From Zygnema circumcarinatum SAG 698-1b (Eukaryota > Plantae > Zygnematophyceae), in assembly GCA_037447605.1 (NCBI GenBank), contig CM074805.1, positions 1,087,361-1,151,360 on the forward strand: DNA of 64,000 bases, written 5' to 3'. Below are positions 1 to 11,900 of this stretch, piece by piece. Position 1 is the stretch's first letter. Each line of letters opens with the position of its first letter. A program made the translations under genes and the position numbers. Below the pieces are notes generated by a model. The model ran no database searches. It was not told the origin of the DNA and worked only from the letters and a program-made list of their open reading frames with translations.

Positions 1-1272
1 CCCTTGCTGTGACCCCCCTCATGACCGCTGCTGCTGCGCGTGTCAATGGACCTCGCATCAGAAGAGAGGGCCCGCCCCATGGGGGGCATGGGGGCATCCG
101 TTTGCGAAGGGCCCTGGTCCATGGTCACTATTGTACGGCGAGGGTGGTTGTGGACGTGGGAATCTGTGATTCGCAGCTCAGCCGGGTTGCTCTTTCGGAA
201 GTCGACAGTTTTCTTTGCAGGGCAGCCGAGCACCTTGAACATGCTGCAGCGATAGTAATTCCTGAAGAAGCAAAGATGAGGACAGCAAAGCAAGGGTGTA
301 AGGGTTTGGAGATTTGCTTCAAACACACGAAGCCTCAACCTGGGAGACTTGGAGCCTATTGACGAGTGAAAACCTAACAATTGACTCAAGCAGCGAATTC
401 TCGCCAAGAATCCAATACCCGAAAGGAAGACAGAGTAGACATTCTGAAGCAGAAGGAGGTGCGCAAAAACTATTGCCGTACAAACAACAATATAAAGATA
501 GATGCACAACAGTAATGATCAAGCACTCGCAAGGCTGCCTATGCCTATCCCTAATCTGAGCCAACAGACCAATGGTCCAAACAGCTGACTCAACAAGATG
601 AACAAAATGAGGAGCTGTAAACAGAAGCCTATGAACGAACGCAAAGACAACAAGGCACCCACACAAAGTAAAGATTGCACACGGCAAATTGACAGTTATG
701 GTTGATGGTAGAATTCACCACATCGTTTGTGAACCACCCAACAAGCGAAACTCTGCTATTAGCACACTAATGCTGCCGTCTCGTCTGCTTAACAGAAGAG
801 TGCGGAGCTCTCACCGCTGATGTTGCGTTCCCCGAATGTGCTTCTGCCCATACTTGAGCCACATGAAACCATCATCTGGCACTTCCAAATTGCCTCCAAG
901 CTGCATCATCCGAGGTCTGCACATGCTTCGCGAAAAAAGATTAACACCATATGCGGTAAAAGCAATTAAAAGCCTTCAAGTGAATACGCGTTTATCTCAC
1001 ATGCGTGTTGAACAAGTGTTCAGAAAATAAACACATCCAGAATCGCCTTCATCAGAATAAAGTAGTACCGAAAATTACTCAGGCGATAAACAAGTCTCAA
1101 AAGAAGACGCTGCAGCCGCTAAAAGGCGCTCGCCATATTCATTGGACACGTTCAATTTAGCTTCACACCTTTTGGAGGGGCTGCCCTCTGACTCGCTTGG
1201 CAGTGCGCCACCTCCCTGCGCAGCGCAAGCTCTCTGCGGCCATTGCTGCATATCCAGCTCCGACGCGAGCAT
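1..1272 (-). CDS. WRKY transcription factor, divergent (WLKYGQK; C-X7-C-X23-H-X-H finger); 3' end beyond the window edge, start codon uncertain
   Basis: Hand-spliced exons ~1272-1169, 916-815 and 261-1 give ...SPSKRPRMMQLGGNLEVPDDGFMWLKYGQKHIRGTQHQRNYYRCSMFKVLGCPAKKTVDFRKSNPAELRITDSHVHNHP. The phase-2 intron inside the Arg codon before NYYRC is the conserved WRKY R-type intron. All junctions are GT-AG. Confidence 0.88.
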
Positions 1273-1809
1273 GCTGAAAAAAAGCCAGAGGGCCGACTTT
1301 GAATACCCTTCCTTGCTGCTTTCCGACTGCTCCGACTGCTGTAGGTATCAAAAAACTGATTGCAAAGGTGTGGCCTCAAATTTGTAACCCTAGAAGCTCT
1401 TGGTCGTCGTCGTCGTGAATAGGGACCAATATTGCATCTTGCGAGTTTCACAAGGACCGATGTTTGCAAATCTCTGCAAATTTAGAATCGATCCTGCGAA
1501 AGTAGATGAGACAAGTACAATATTTCCTCAAAAGCGTCGCAATTCTGCTTGCCCTATCTGCCGCTTGCCCCTCCTCAGTCGAATTCCTCCTTCCCCAAGC
1601 TTCAACCTGACCGGAAAACAGAAGAAGAGACATGGGAGACCACTACGCTCCCAGCATTAAAACTCACACAACCCCCAAAACTACTCGCCCGTAACCTAAC
1701 CTCCCTCCCCCCCACCGATACCCCCCCCTCTCCTCCCTCCCTCCCTCCCAGTAGCCTCAGCTTCCTCCCTCCCTCCCTTCCTCCCCTGCAGCTGTGCCTT
1801 CAAGGCTAA

Positions 1810-2580
1810 GCGGCGCCGCTTGACCAAGGTGGGTCGCCATTCAAGGTACAACCCTCCTCGACACCACCCAATCACAACCTGCCACGTTGGCATTTCTGTC
1901 TACGTGGTGGTCCCTGATTGGCCCATATCATTCCGGGCCCCGCCAAGGGGACCCGCTAAATCCAACCGGCCCATAAATGCGCAGTTACTTTGGCGCCGAC
2001 CCAACAGGCCCCAAAGGACGCTTCGCCGCGCCGTACGTGCGGGAATCATTTTTTTTGAAGCATTAATGTAAATAGTTTCCCGCAATCGGGGCCAATCAGG
2101 GCCGATTAGGCGTTGAAATCTGGAACTTTAGGGCGCCACGTGGCCCTGTCGGCGTCAGGCCGGGCGGCAGACAGTCCTGCGGGCCTAAGGACCGCCGACG
2201 GATGTTGTCGTTTTCCGGCGAGACCGCGGGGGCTGGCAGGGGGCGGGACGGCCCCTGGGCGGCTGAAAACGGGGACGGATTTTGCGGCCCGCGCTTTGAC
2301 TTTCGGGAAATCCCAACTTGAAGGGAGGGCCGGTGGGCCGTACGATGGGCCTCGCACGTGGGAGGTACGGCCAGGGCGATGAGGGGAGGGTTGCTTTTGG
2401 CAATAATGGGCCGGCCGACACTTTGAGGGACGAAATTGAATGGAATTGGGTTGGGGCAGAATGTGCATTGACCGGACGATGGCGACCGCGCAATAATAAT
2501 AATAATTATGACGGGCTGGGCTGGCTAATTTAATTGCTTTTAAAGTTTTAGAGAGGAGGTGTTGCTAGGGTCAAGGGTTA
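1810..2580 (-). promoter_or_regulatory. Probable WRKY promoter: G-boxes, CCAAT boxes, site II-like GGCCC motifs, E2F-like sites and W-boxes
   Basis: Non-coding GC-rich stretch between the BIG 3' end and WRKY. CACGTG at 2137 and 2355; TTTCCCGC at 2076; W-box TTGACY at 1820, 2296 and 2468, plus GGTCAA at 2569; TTTAGGG at 2127. Confidence 0.45.
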
Positions 2581-2809
2581 GTTTTTTTTTAAGCCGAAGG
2601 ATTCATGCCAATGGTGGTGACTATACAAAAACAAAATGGCATGAGCGTTCATATGAACAAACAAGCGAAGCGAAGCGCACACACGAAGTCGACGGACGAC
2701 CAAAGGGACCCTTTAAACATATAGTAATGGGCAAACCAACAACCGCATGGAGCTACTAAAACTACAAGCAGCGGGGACGGGAGGGTCCAGACCATGGAGG
2801 GGACTTGGC

Positions 2810-2838
2810 CAGCAGCAGCAGCAGCAGCAGCAGCAGCA
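2810..2838. repeat. (CAG)n trinucleotide microsatellite downstream of the BIG stop
   Basis: Visible uninterrupted cagcagcag run about 110 nt past the BIG stop codon. Confidence 0.9.
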
Positions 2839-2944
2839 TCAGTATACAGCAAATGTACAGAATTAATAACAGGGTCGAGCCTAGACTAAAGCCTAGAGTT
2901 CAACAAACAAAGTCAAGGAGCAGAGTGCCCTCTGTTTTCTTCAC

Positions 2945-5900
2945 TTAGTCACACTCTCTATCGATCGCTGCCCAAACAAACTCTTCGCAGGAAGTGCAGC
3001 CATTGGAAAGCGCGACCCCAAGGAACCCGGCCAGATCCATGGCCTCCTGCAGGTCTGCCGCCCCCTGCACATCCTCCAGCCACTCGAGCAGATTCCCTGC
3101 AAACTTGAGCATCCTATCAATGTCCAATAGCTGACGCCTCATAGCAACTTCCCAAGGCTCCAACTGCTGAGCTTTCTCCTCCGCAGCACCTCCCGTCCCT
3201 CTTCCTCCGGACTCCATACCTCCGTCTCTTCCAACCTCGTTTCCAACGGACCTCCCCTCCGCATCTACAGTCCAATCCCCCCCTGCCGTCCTCATTGCAG
3301 GGTCCTTCAAAAGCCTCTGAAGTTGATCAACAATACCAATGAACACCAACATCGGCTTCACGGCAGCGAAGAGAGCCTTTTCATTGGATCCTTGACCTTC
3401 CCCTGCAGAGGCGGAGGGAGGAGGAGTCTCCGACAGCGAAGTGGCAGAGGGAGAGAGGTGCGATGAACTCGACTGTGAAGGGGATGAAGCCGATACTCCC
3501 GCAGGCAGTCGCGGCAAAGAGCTGCTCCCAGACAGCCCTGCTGCCAAAACTCCACTTCCCACAGCCCCTGTTCCGTACGCTTGATATGCTTGGGCTAATG
3601 CTCGCCGCAAGAAGACAGGTTTTTGCTGCTCCCACTGCTCCCACGACTGAAGAAGAAGTGACCACATGAGCATAAACTGACCAGACTCATCTGGGTTCCT
3701 TGTGAAAGCGAGTCCTTGCAAACGCGAACCCAGATGGGAAGGTAAAGGCAATCCATGGTTTCCCCTCAAGCCGCTCATCTCCCTCAGAGGGGACCCTCCT
3801 GCAACTGCAGGACTGCTGCCACTCCCGGAGGAGGCAGGTGTGCCTCCATCAGGATTTGAAGATTGAAGGAAGGAGGAGAGGTTGCCCTCATATATGCGGC
3901 GTTGGGTTGGTCCAGCCTGATCCAACAAAAAGGTGGCCATCTGCAGTTGAAAGGGTAGCAGTTTGGCATTGCTATCACGCCCTCCGCCTTTGCTGTCTGC
4001 ACTGAAGGAGGTGTTTGTAGCGAAACGGCCGATCAGCTGTTGGCCCACCCACAGACCCCCCCACTGCAGTTAGCATTGCTCTTGGCTAAGGGACCCTTCT
4101 CTCTCCGATTCAGAAGCAACCTAACATACAAGCGTAGTATCTCGTCACTCCAAAATCCCGTCCTGAACCACCCATGCGTTTCTCGTTTGTTGAGGGTGTA
4201 CTCACTGTGGCAACATCATGAAGAAGCAGACGAAGGCGGCTGCCATCTGCCCTTCCCAATGCAGAGGTTTGTTCCCACCATAGGTCACAGCAGCGCACGT
4301 ACGGAGCAGAGGGCACTTCTGGACCACGCAGGGGGAACAGTCCATTGCAGAGTGTTTCGCTGTTCCGGAGAGCAGCTCCCTCCCACTCCCTCTTCGGTGT
4401 CTGCAGAGGTCGACAATAAACTACTTCAGTAGTGCAGGGGATGGGGATGGATCTTTCCGTTTTTGAACGTTTGGACACAGAGTTGGAAGCTGATGAAGTT
4501 AGAAATGACACTGGCAAGGTCGTCTGCTAAAGCCCTGCCTTCATGTTTCACTTTAAGCCTTAATACCGGCATATCAAGCTTAACGTAAGTCTGCATTCAC
4601 TAAAGCTGAACGCGAGTGAGAGAATAGGGGCATCAAGAACAGAGCAGCATACAATTCATTTTCTTCCCCTAGGCAGACGGGAGAAACATATCCCCAAAAA
4701 TTCTCGAAAAAAATCAAGCAAATGCACATCCCTTGAGAGAGTGAGCTACCTTAAGCGCCGAGTCAGCTCTCTTGGCCTCTAAATGGCATTGAAAATGAAT
4801 CACGTTGAAGTGTGTCACCGTGCTGTACGCCCATTCAATGCGTGCTGCATATATTTTCCAGTGTCCTTGAGCCCACATCAGGTCTTGTTGGCAGCTAAGC
4901 AGGCCCTTACACATTTGCAATTCTCCCAATACCCCTGAATGGGGTTGTTCACCTCCTAAGTTAAGTGACTTAAGTCCTGCAAAGCAATAGTTTGCATTTA
5001 CCACCATGGAATATCATCATCAGCGGACAGACAAATTGCTGCACTCACCAGACGAAGCAGAGGTGACACTGAATCTTTTGCCAAAGCAATAGGCCCCAAG
5101 CATCTCCTGCGGGCGGAGACGATAACCTTCACGACAGACCATGCATGATAGAGCATCTTTCTCCTCCTCCTCCACCAGCTCCAATCCCTCCAACCGGGCC
5201 ATACCCATCCCCTGAACACATCTCCCAACAACAAACAATACAGCCAACGTCCTTAAATGCTTCCCAGGTAGATCATTTACGCAGGAAAGACACAGCTTCG
5301 TGCTTCTCTGATATCATTTACTCTACAAGAAAACCAACATCAGAAGAGGAGCTACGTGCCAACAACAGCACAGAAGTCTGTCCATGTCGTAATTCAGACT
5401 CGTCATAGCATAGCCCCCCACCTTGAGCAGCTCTTCCCGCCGTTGAAGAGCCCTCCTCTTCATCTCTCTTTGAGTGGCTTCCCTCAAACCCTCCACCATA
5501 TCCTTGAGCTGCTGCTCCCCTGCTGCTGCCAACGTATCTAAGAGACTCTCTGCCTGAGCCCCAATGTTGTTCTCCCCCGGCACTCCCTCCAGTGCATGCA
5601 GGAGAGGCAGAATTCCCTCCTCCAGAAGGCAGACCTGTGTGGGGGGGTGCCCCTTACAGAGCCCTTCCAGCAAAGGAAGGAGGAGGGGAATGGAGGTAAG
5701 GCGCAATGCCTCCGTCCATTTCGATTGAGATTTGTACTCCATGGCAGCATCTATCTCTGGAAAAGCGCTCATCATGTAACGAACAGCCCCTGCAATCGTC
5801 CACACAACGGCAGCCGGTCACACTTACGGCAAGGATATTAGACTTGTTATGCACATTATGGTAAAGAAATAAAACCCAGATTCCGATACGGCACCTACCG

Positions 5901-8900
5901 CTCAGGGACATTAATTCATGCAGAAGGTAATGAGAACCGATAGGAGAAAGCAGCAAAAGAAAGTAGTGCGATGTTCGGATCTTGGAACAGTCTTCTCTTT
6001 CCCTGCTTCCCACCCACTGTCGTAAATTGCAGACAAAACGCACCTGCTGGAATACCCCTTTCCAGGATGAGAGAGCGCAGCCGGTTTCCACTCGCGTCCG
6101 TTCGGATGGCCTCTCCCACCCTCACGAAATTGCTGACTGCTCGCCGATGTTCAGCAGCCATGCGGACAACATCCTCCTTCTGAATTTAAAAATAAAATAA
6201 AAATAAAGAACACTCAATCGACTTTACCAATTAAGCGGCTTCTCAGCTGAGTGCTTCCAACAACAGACGCAAAACTGTCGGCAACAGCGATGACATGACA
6301 TGTCTGGACCAAGGCACAATCACAAGTGCGTGCAAGAAGGACCATGGGTTCACCACGGAGACTTAGCCTTTGTCACATGTAAAAAACCCACTGAATCCCA
6401 AGCTAAAAAAAAAAACACAATTGCTCACAGCCTTCGAGAGATTTCAGAAACCAACATCACCTATCCTTACCTGAGCTTCTTCCTTTGCACGCTCTTGCAG
6501 ACGATCGAACTCTGGCCAGTCATTAAGGAACGGCACGAAGTGATCCACCAATACCTCCATTGCCTGCAGCTCACCAAATGTGAGGTATGGGAGAATACGA
6601 GCTACAGTCTCTGCACTTTTTGCCTCTCTGTTCCTCTTGCGAGGAGCACTGCGTCCCGGCTGAGCACTTGGCCCTGCTTGAGAAGTTGAAAGCTTGTCCA
6701 AAAACATGCGAACTGCCTCCACTCCCAAACCAGCCCCCCCAGCAGCACTCCAACCGGCCTCCTGACCCCTCTCTCTCTCTGTGCGAGAGAGAGAGGGGTC
6801 AGGGGAAGCATCGCTTGCGTTGGCTTCAGCCACAAGACTTTCGACTGTAAGGAGAAGAGATTCAAGAGCTTCCTCTCCTGCAGATGAACCGTCCAATGAG
6901 AGGATAACAGCCCTTCTTGCTTGGTCGAGAAGGATGGGCAGCGCTCCCAGACGGAGGAGGGCAAGTCGGTTGGCACGCAGTTTGCAGCAATGCAAGAGAA
7001 GCTTGAGAAGGAGAGAGACTTCTTGTTGTCCAGACTTTATTTCAACCTCGCTCATCTCCTGCAGTCATGCAAAGAACTCACCAGTAAGTCCACATAACGA
7101 CCACACTCTCACGACAGGACAACGGCATTAACAGCCAAACTATCCATGCTTGGCCATTCGTGCGACTCCTTCAGAATTTCAACGCATTTTGGGGGAAGTA
7201 TTGAAGGCTAACCTGCACCATGTGCAGCAGCACAGCAAGACCGCCACATTCTGCCATCACCCCTGCCACTGCAAACTCAACTTCAGGGTCCAATGCCTCC
7301 TCCTGCTCATCCTCTAATTCCTTAATGATCGGCTCCGTAGCTTCTCCGTCGAGCCCCTGAAGAAGTCACAAATTCATGCCACACCACACCACATTGATCC
7401 CCATAAGCACACATGATTTTCAGGCTGGCAACACGGTCTATCCTCTATTTCAGGGTGAATGCTAGAATCCTGCCTATCGAACTTGAAGCTGTGAGACGAG
7501 AGCGAGCACATGATGATGATGATGAGACTTTACTTGAAGCCGGAAGGTGACAGTCATCGGCGGGCAGTCTTGTAGGGGGGGGAGTTGCCCTCCTTGATGG
7601 GGAGTCTGTGCCTTCCTCCAGACAAGCTCAAAGACATTCCTCACACACAAGTCAAGGCTAATGATGTTCCCAGCCACAAGCAGCTCCATTCCGTAGTCAT
7701 CCTCCACTAGACCGGCCAGCTCGAGCTGCTGACAGATTTTGTTCTTCACATCGCGCATAAGAGGCCCCACCTGCAGCAGTTACACAAAGTTTTATGGAGC
7801 AGTCAGCAAACAGGACTCAGTACGCACGCATGTGATGCAAAATCCTGTCACTCTTAGTGTCGGTCACTTGCGTTGTCGTGCAAGTCAGTCTTCCATTGTC
7901 ATGGGAAAGGCCAACAAAAAAAAAAAGGGGGGCAGCGCAAAAGCCATGTAGCCTTCTATCTCATTCGTCGTCATACGATATAAGGCAACAAAACTCTGAA
8001 CCCAAAACAAAACTCGAACATACCTCAGCTGACGAATAGGGATTCTTAGTCATTGTCCCCCGGATGAACTCTTCTTGCGTGTGTGCCTTTGTGAGGACAA
8101 GTTGGTACACGGGCTCCGCTCTGCTTGGGCATACAATGCCACAGAGCTGCTCCAAAACATACTGCAGCTCAAACCAACTTCTTATTCAGAGAACTCCCAA
8201 GTATTTTCACAGCAGCGGCAACGAGCATTTAGAAGACACTCTCAGGCAGCCACTCTACCTTCCAGCATGATACTTTACTCTTATGAATTCACCCATACAG
8301 AAGGGAGTGAACAGAGGGTGATTGACGAGAAGAGGAAGAGGGGGGGGGGTGGGTGCTCACCAGGGGCGTTCGCCCAGGCTTGCTCTGAATCCCTTGCAAG
8401 CAACGCACACATGCAGCAAGGAACACGCGTTTACTGCTTGCGTTGTCTTTCAAGAGACTGTCCAACAGCTCTACAAGGAGTCGGCGGCAGTCTTCTGTCA
8501 GCTTTGTCTTTTGCACCACAAGGCCCCGAAGGGCCAACACAGCCTCCAGAATGCGTGAGAGCAGCTTCTCTTCCAGAAACCTGAAAACGATCGAAAAAAG
8601 CACATTCAGTTGCATGCTTGTGATCATCATAGCATGATGATCCTGCAGAAACGTTAACAAAAAAGTTTCTGCAGTTTCCACGATTAAAGGAGCAACAAGA
8701 TCTGTATCAGCACGAAGAGATGAGGATTGCGAGGGCTCCAAAAGTTGGTAGAATCCCTATCGTAACAGGTTATGCTGAGCTCACCTTTTGCTTATGTTTG
8801 GGACTTGAAGAAACTTGAACAGCAGCAATCCAAGCTTGTAGGCTGAGTAACCTTGCGCAATGTTTGTATGAAAACTGCGTTCCTGTGCTTCAATGCCTGT

Positions 8901-11900
8901 GACATCCTCCACCATGAGTGAACAAATTGTGGGCAAAGCCCCCCTCACAGTGAGAAACAGTCTCCAGTCTTCCGCGTCCACCATCGTCGAGAAAAGCTCA
9001 AAGTACTCGGCTGCGCTTTCACCTGCACCGACATAGGAGGGGGCCAAAAGTACACTCTACACCGTCATTTTTTATCAAAGCAGAAGGAAATAAAAAAAAA
9101 AAACCCCTCCAACAGAAAACATCCACCCTAGTCTCCGCATAATGGACTGCAAACTGGCATACAGGAACAACTGCTCTGCCAAGTTCGGCCTGTTCCACCA
9201 GAAGACCAGTGTTAAACCCCACTCTCAGCAATTCGAGTTAATCAAAAACCTTAAGTTCAACACAGACCTGCGAGCCTTGCAGCCGGTAACAAGGAATAGA
9301 CAAGCTCCAAGAAGCGAGCATGGCGTGCAGAGCTTGTTGCAGAGAGGACTTGTATGAGTGAGCAAGCTTCAGCCCTGATGGTCTGAGAGCACGCACTTAG
9401 CACCAAATCCTTTACCCAGCTTGCCTGTTCAAGCATTGTCAGACCCAACAATCCTGAACTTCGCTTTCCATGTTCCTTCGCTTTCACTGCCACCTTCCTT
9501 CGCCACTTCAAAAGACATCTCAATGCAGACTGTTCAGACCTTGAAATATTGGTCGAATGTCGCTCTCTGTCTTTATGAATCGACGAGAATCTCGATGGTA
9601 AAGGCGGCTTTCCTGATTGGCCTGCTACTGAAAGCAGTAGGTGCCTTCTCTCGTAATCGTCATAGCCCACACCACTTGTCCATTCTGCGTAGCTTATGAT
9701 GCTGATCTCATCACCTACAGCTGCTTTTCCTTTCCCCTTGCTGCGAATGATGTTGCTTCCAACCACACCTACAGGCTTTGAGTTGCTTGAACCTAACATT
9801 TTCACTGCAGAGCTACGACTACTACTACGAGTATCGGAGATCGAAGTAGAAGAGTCCCTACTAGCAGACATGAGTGATGATGGCAGGCCACCTCCACCCA
9901 CATGACTACTTCGTGAGCCCAAAACAGCTGGGCTTGCTTGAGAGCTTTCAGTGGGTGGTAGACATGCCTGAGCCACAATCTCAAGGCAGGGAAGAATGAT
10001 CTGTTCGCAGATTACAGGATGTCGTGCTCCCACCTCAATAGCTTTGAACAGTAATGAAAAGACGGCACGCAACCTAGCTTCCCAGCAATTATCTGCTAAA
10101 GCACAGATTTCTGAAAGCAGGTGCATCTCATCTCGAATGCATGCGGCTACATCTAGGGATCGATGATGCTCTAAGCAGTATGCAACCTGCACACCCAAAC
10201 ATATCCAGAGCAACAAGAATGGACGTCAGATTGAACATGACGATTGACTTGATTGCTAGATTCCTTCTAGCAACTCATCGCGCTGATCTGGCTGCCTCTC
10301 ACACTCTTTGCCTATTTCCAAACGTTTGAATACTTCACGGTCGGTCTTTGCAGGAGTATCAATCGCATGTGCAGTTCAGAAATTTCACAAACAGTCTCAG
10401 TTACCAAGATGAGGGAATTACTGCCAACCTTTGCATAGATAAGGGAGTTAAGTTCAGCTGCTGCAGCTGCATCCCCCTCTGTGAAGAGGCAAAGAACCGA
10501 GCGAGCGTGAGTTCGAGCAGAGCGTGGCCCATGATGAATGTTACTTTCAAACAGATCGCGCAGAATTCCACCTGCCACCAATTGCTTTCTGCAGTCGGAA
10601 TCACGAGCCAACACCTGTAGGATGAACACCCGACTCTCACCAGCCTCTTAGTCCTAGTCAACATGTATTAGAGTGGCAGCAGAGTTGTCAAATTATTGCC
10701 CTACATGCAAAAGAAATCACGACACGAATAATTAAGTAGTTAGTACGACATGTCGATTAGATTTACAACCATTCTCACCTGAAGCCACTCCAGAAGGTAA
10801 CCCACAGAGGTATTGGCACAGCCGAAACATTTGTTCGGAGGCCGGGGAGCCAACCGAGGTGGCACTACTTGTACGGTAACCTCCTTTTCGCCACCGGCCA
10901 TCGCCCCTTTATGTTCTAGATAAGCCATCAGCACCTTCTGAAGACCCAACAGCGTTTGAGCTGATTTGCTAACAGAGTCAAATGCAGATTTACACTTTTC
11001 ACCATAAAGAATTCCGAGCAAAGCAATCTTTCGACTAATCTTGAAGCTTGATGATGCTGGGAGTGACACCATTGCTTGTTGGACAGCTTCAGCCCCACTT
11101 GAAGTTGACCCCCCTGATGGAAGTGAGGTAGTCTGCATGGCAGAACTCCCTAAGCCAGTGCCACCTGGCATGCCTGCATTGGCCCAAGTGGATGCATCTG
11201 AATCCGCATCTCCTACAGAGGAAATCAATTTGAGCAGCGGTTTTTTGAAACCAAGGAGCTGCTGATACTTTTTGTGCGCATTTTCTGCCTCCGCTTCAAT
11301 GGCTGACAACCCCTTGCGCATGTCCTCATCGCTCTCCATGGGATCAAAAACAAAGCTGGGCTTTGCAATGAACGAGAAGTCGAACCGGCCGTATTTTGAG
11401 TAGCCACACTCGATGCAAAGAAATGCGTCAAGTTTTTCATAGTTGATGTTGCGGCACTGCCGGCACTGGTAGGCATTTTCGTGGCAGTTACTGCAGATTC
11501 CGTGCTTGTCGGTGACATATCGACTACACCTGGGACATTGTAGAGACTCCAATGACGAAGCCTGAACAAACGTTGCACAAGAAGGTGGTTATGTCTCGTA
11601 CAACATTGCAGATGCGCAGTCTCCAAGACCAAACGGATAGATCCTTATCTCCCTCTCTCTCGCAACCCTCGTCTCCTAAACGCCCATTAAACTACGAAAC
11701 AAACTCCTCGTACTTGTTGAGCTACAAGTACTGTCCATGATCCAAAAGATTGCATAACAAAACAATCAAATGACAACTGCATAATGAGCGACTTCGACAG
11801 CCAAAGCTGCCAGTGAACACATACATACAGTATGCAATCTTCTCCTAGTTAGTCAAACGTTTGTTTGTTTCCTTCCTATACTGAGCCAGCTTACTAAGCA

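Noticed and set aside
9-362. Plus-strand 117-aa ORF and neighbouring short ORFs
   Set aside because: They lie antisense to the WRKY zinc-finger exon; the minus-strand spliced frame explains the sequence.
2266-2278. 12-nt match AAACGGGGACGG shared with 45537-45548
   Set aside because: Too short to be significant in 64 kb; no flanking similarity, terminal inverted repeats or target-site duplication, so not called a MITE.
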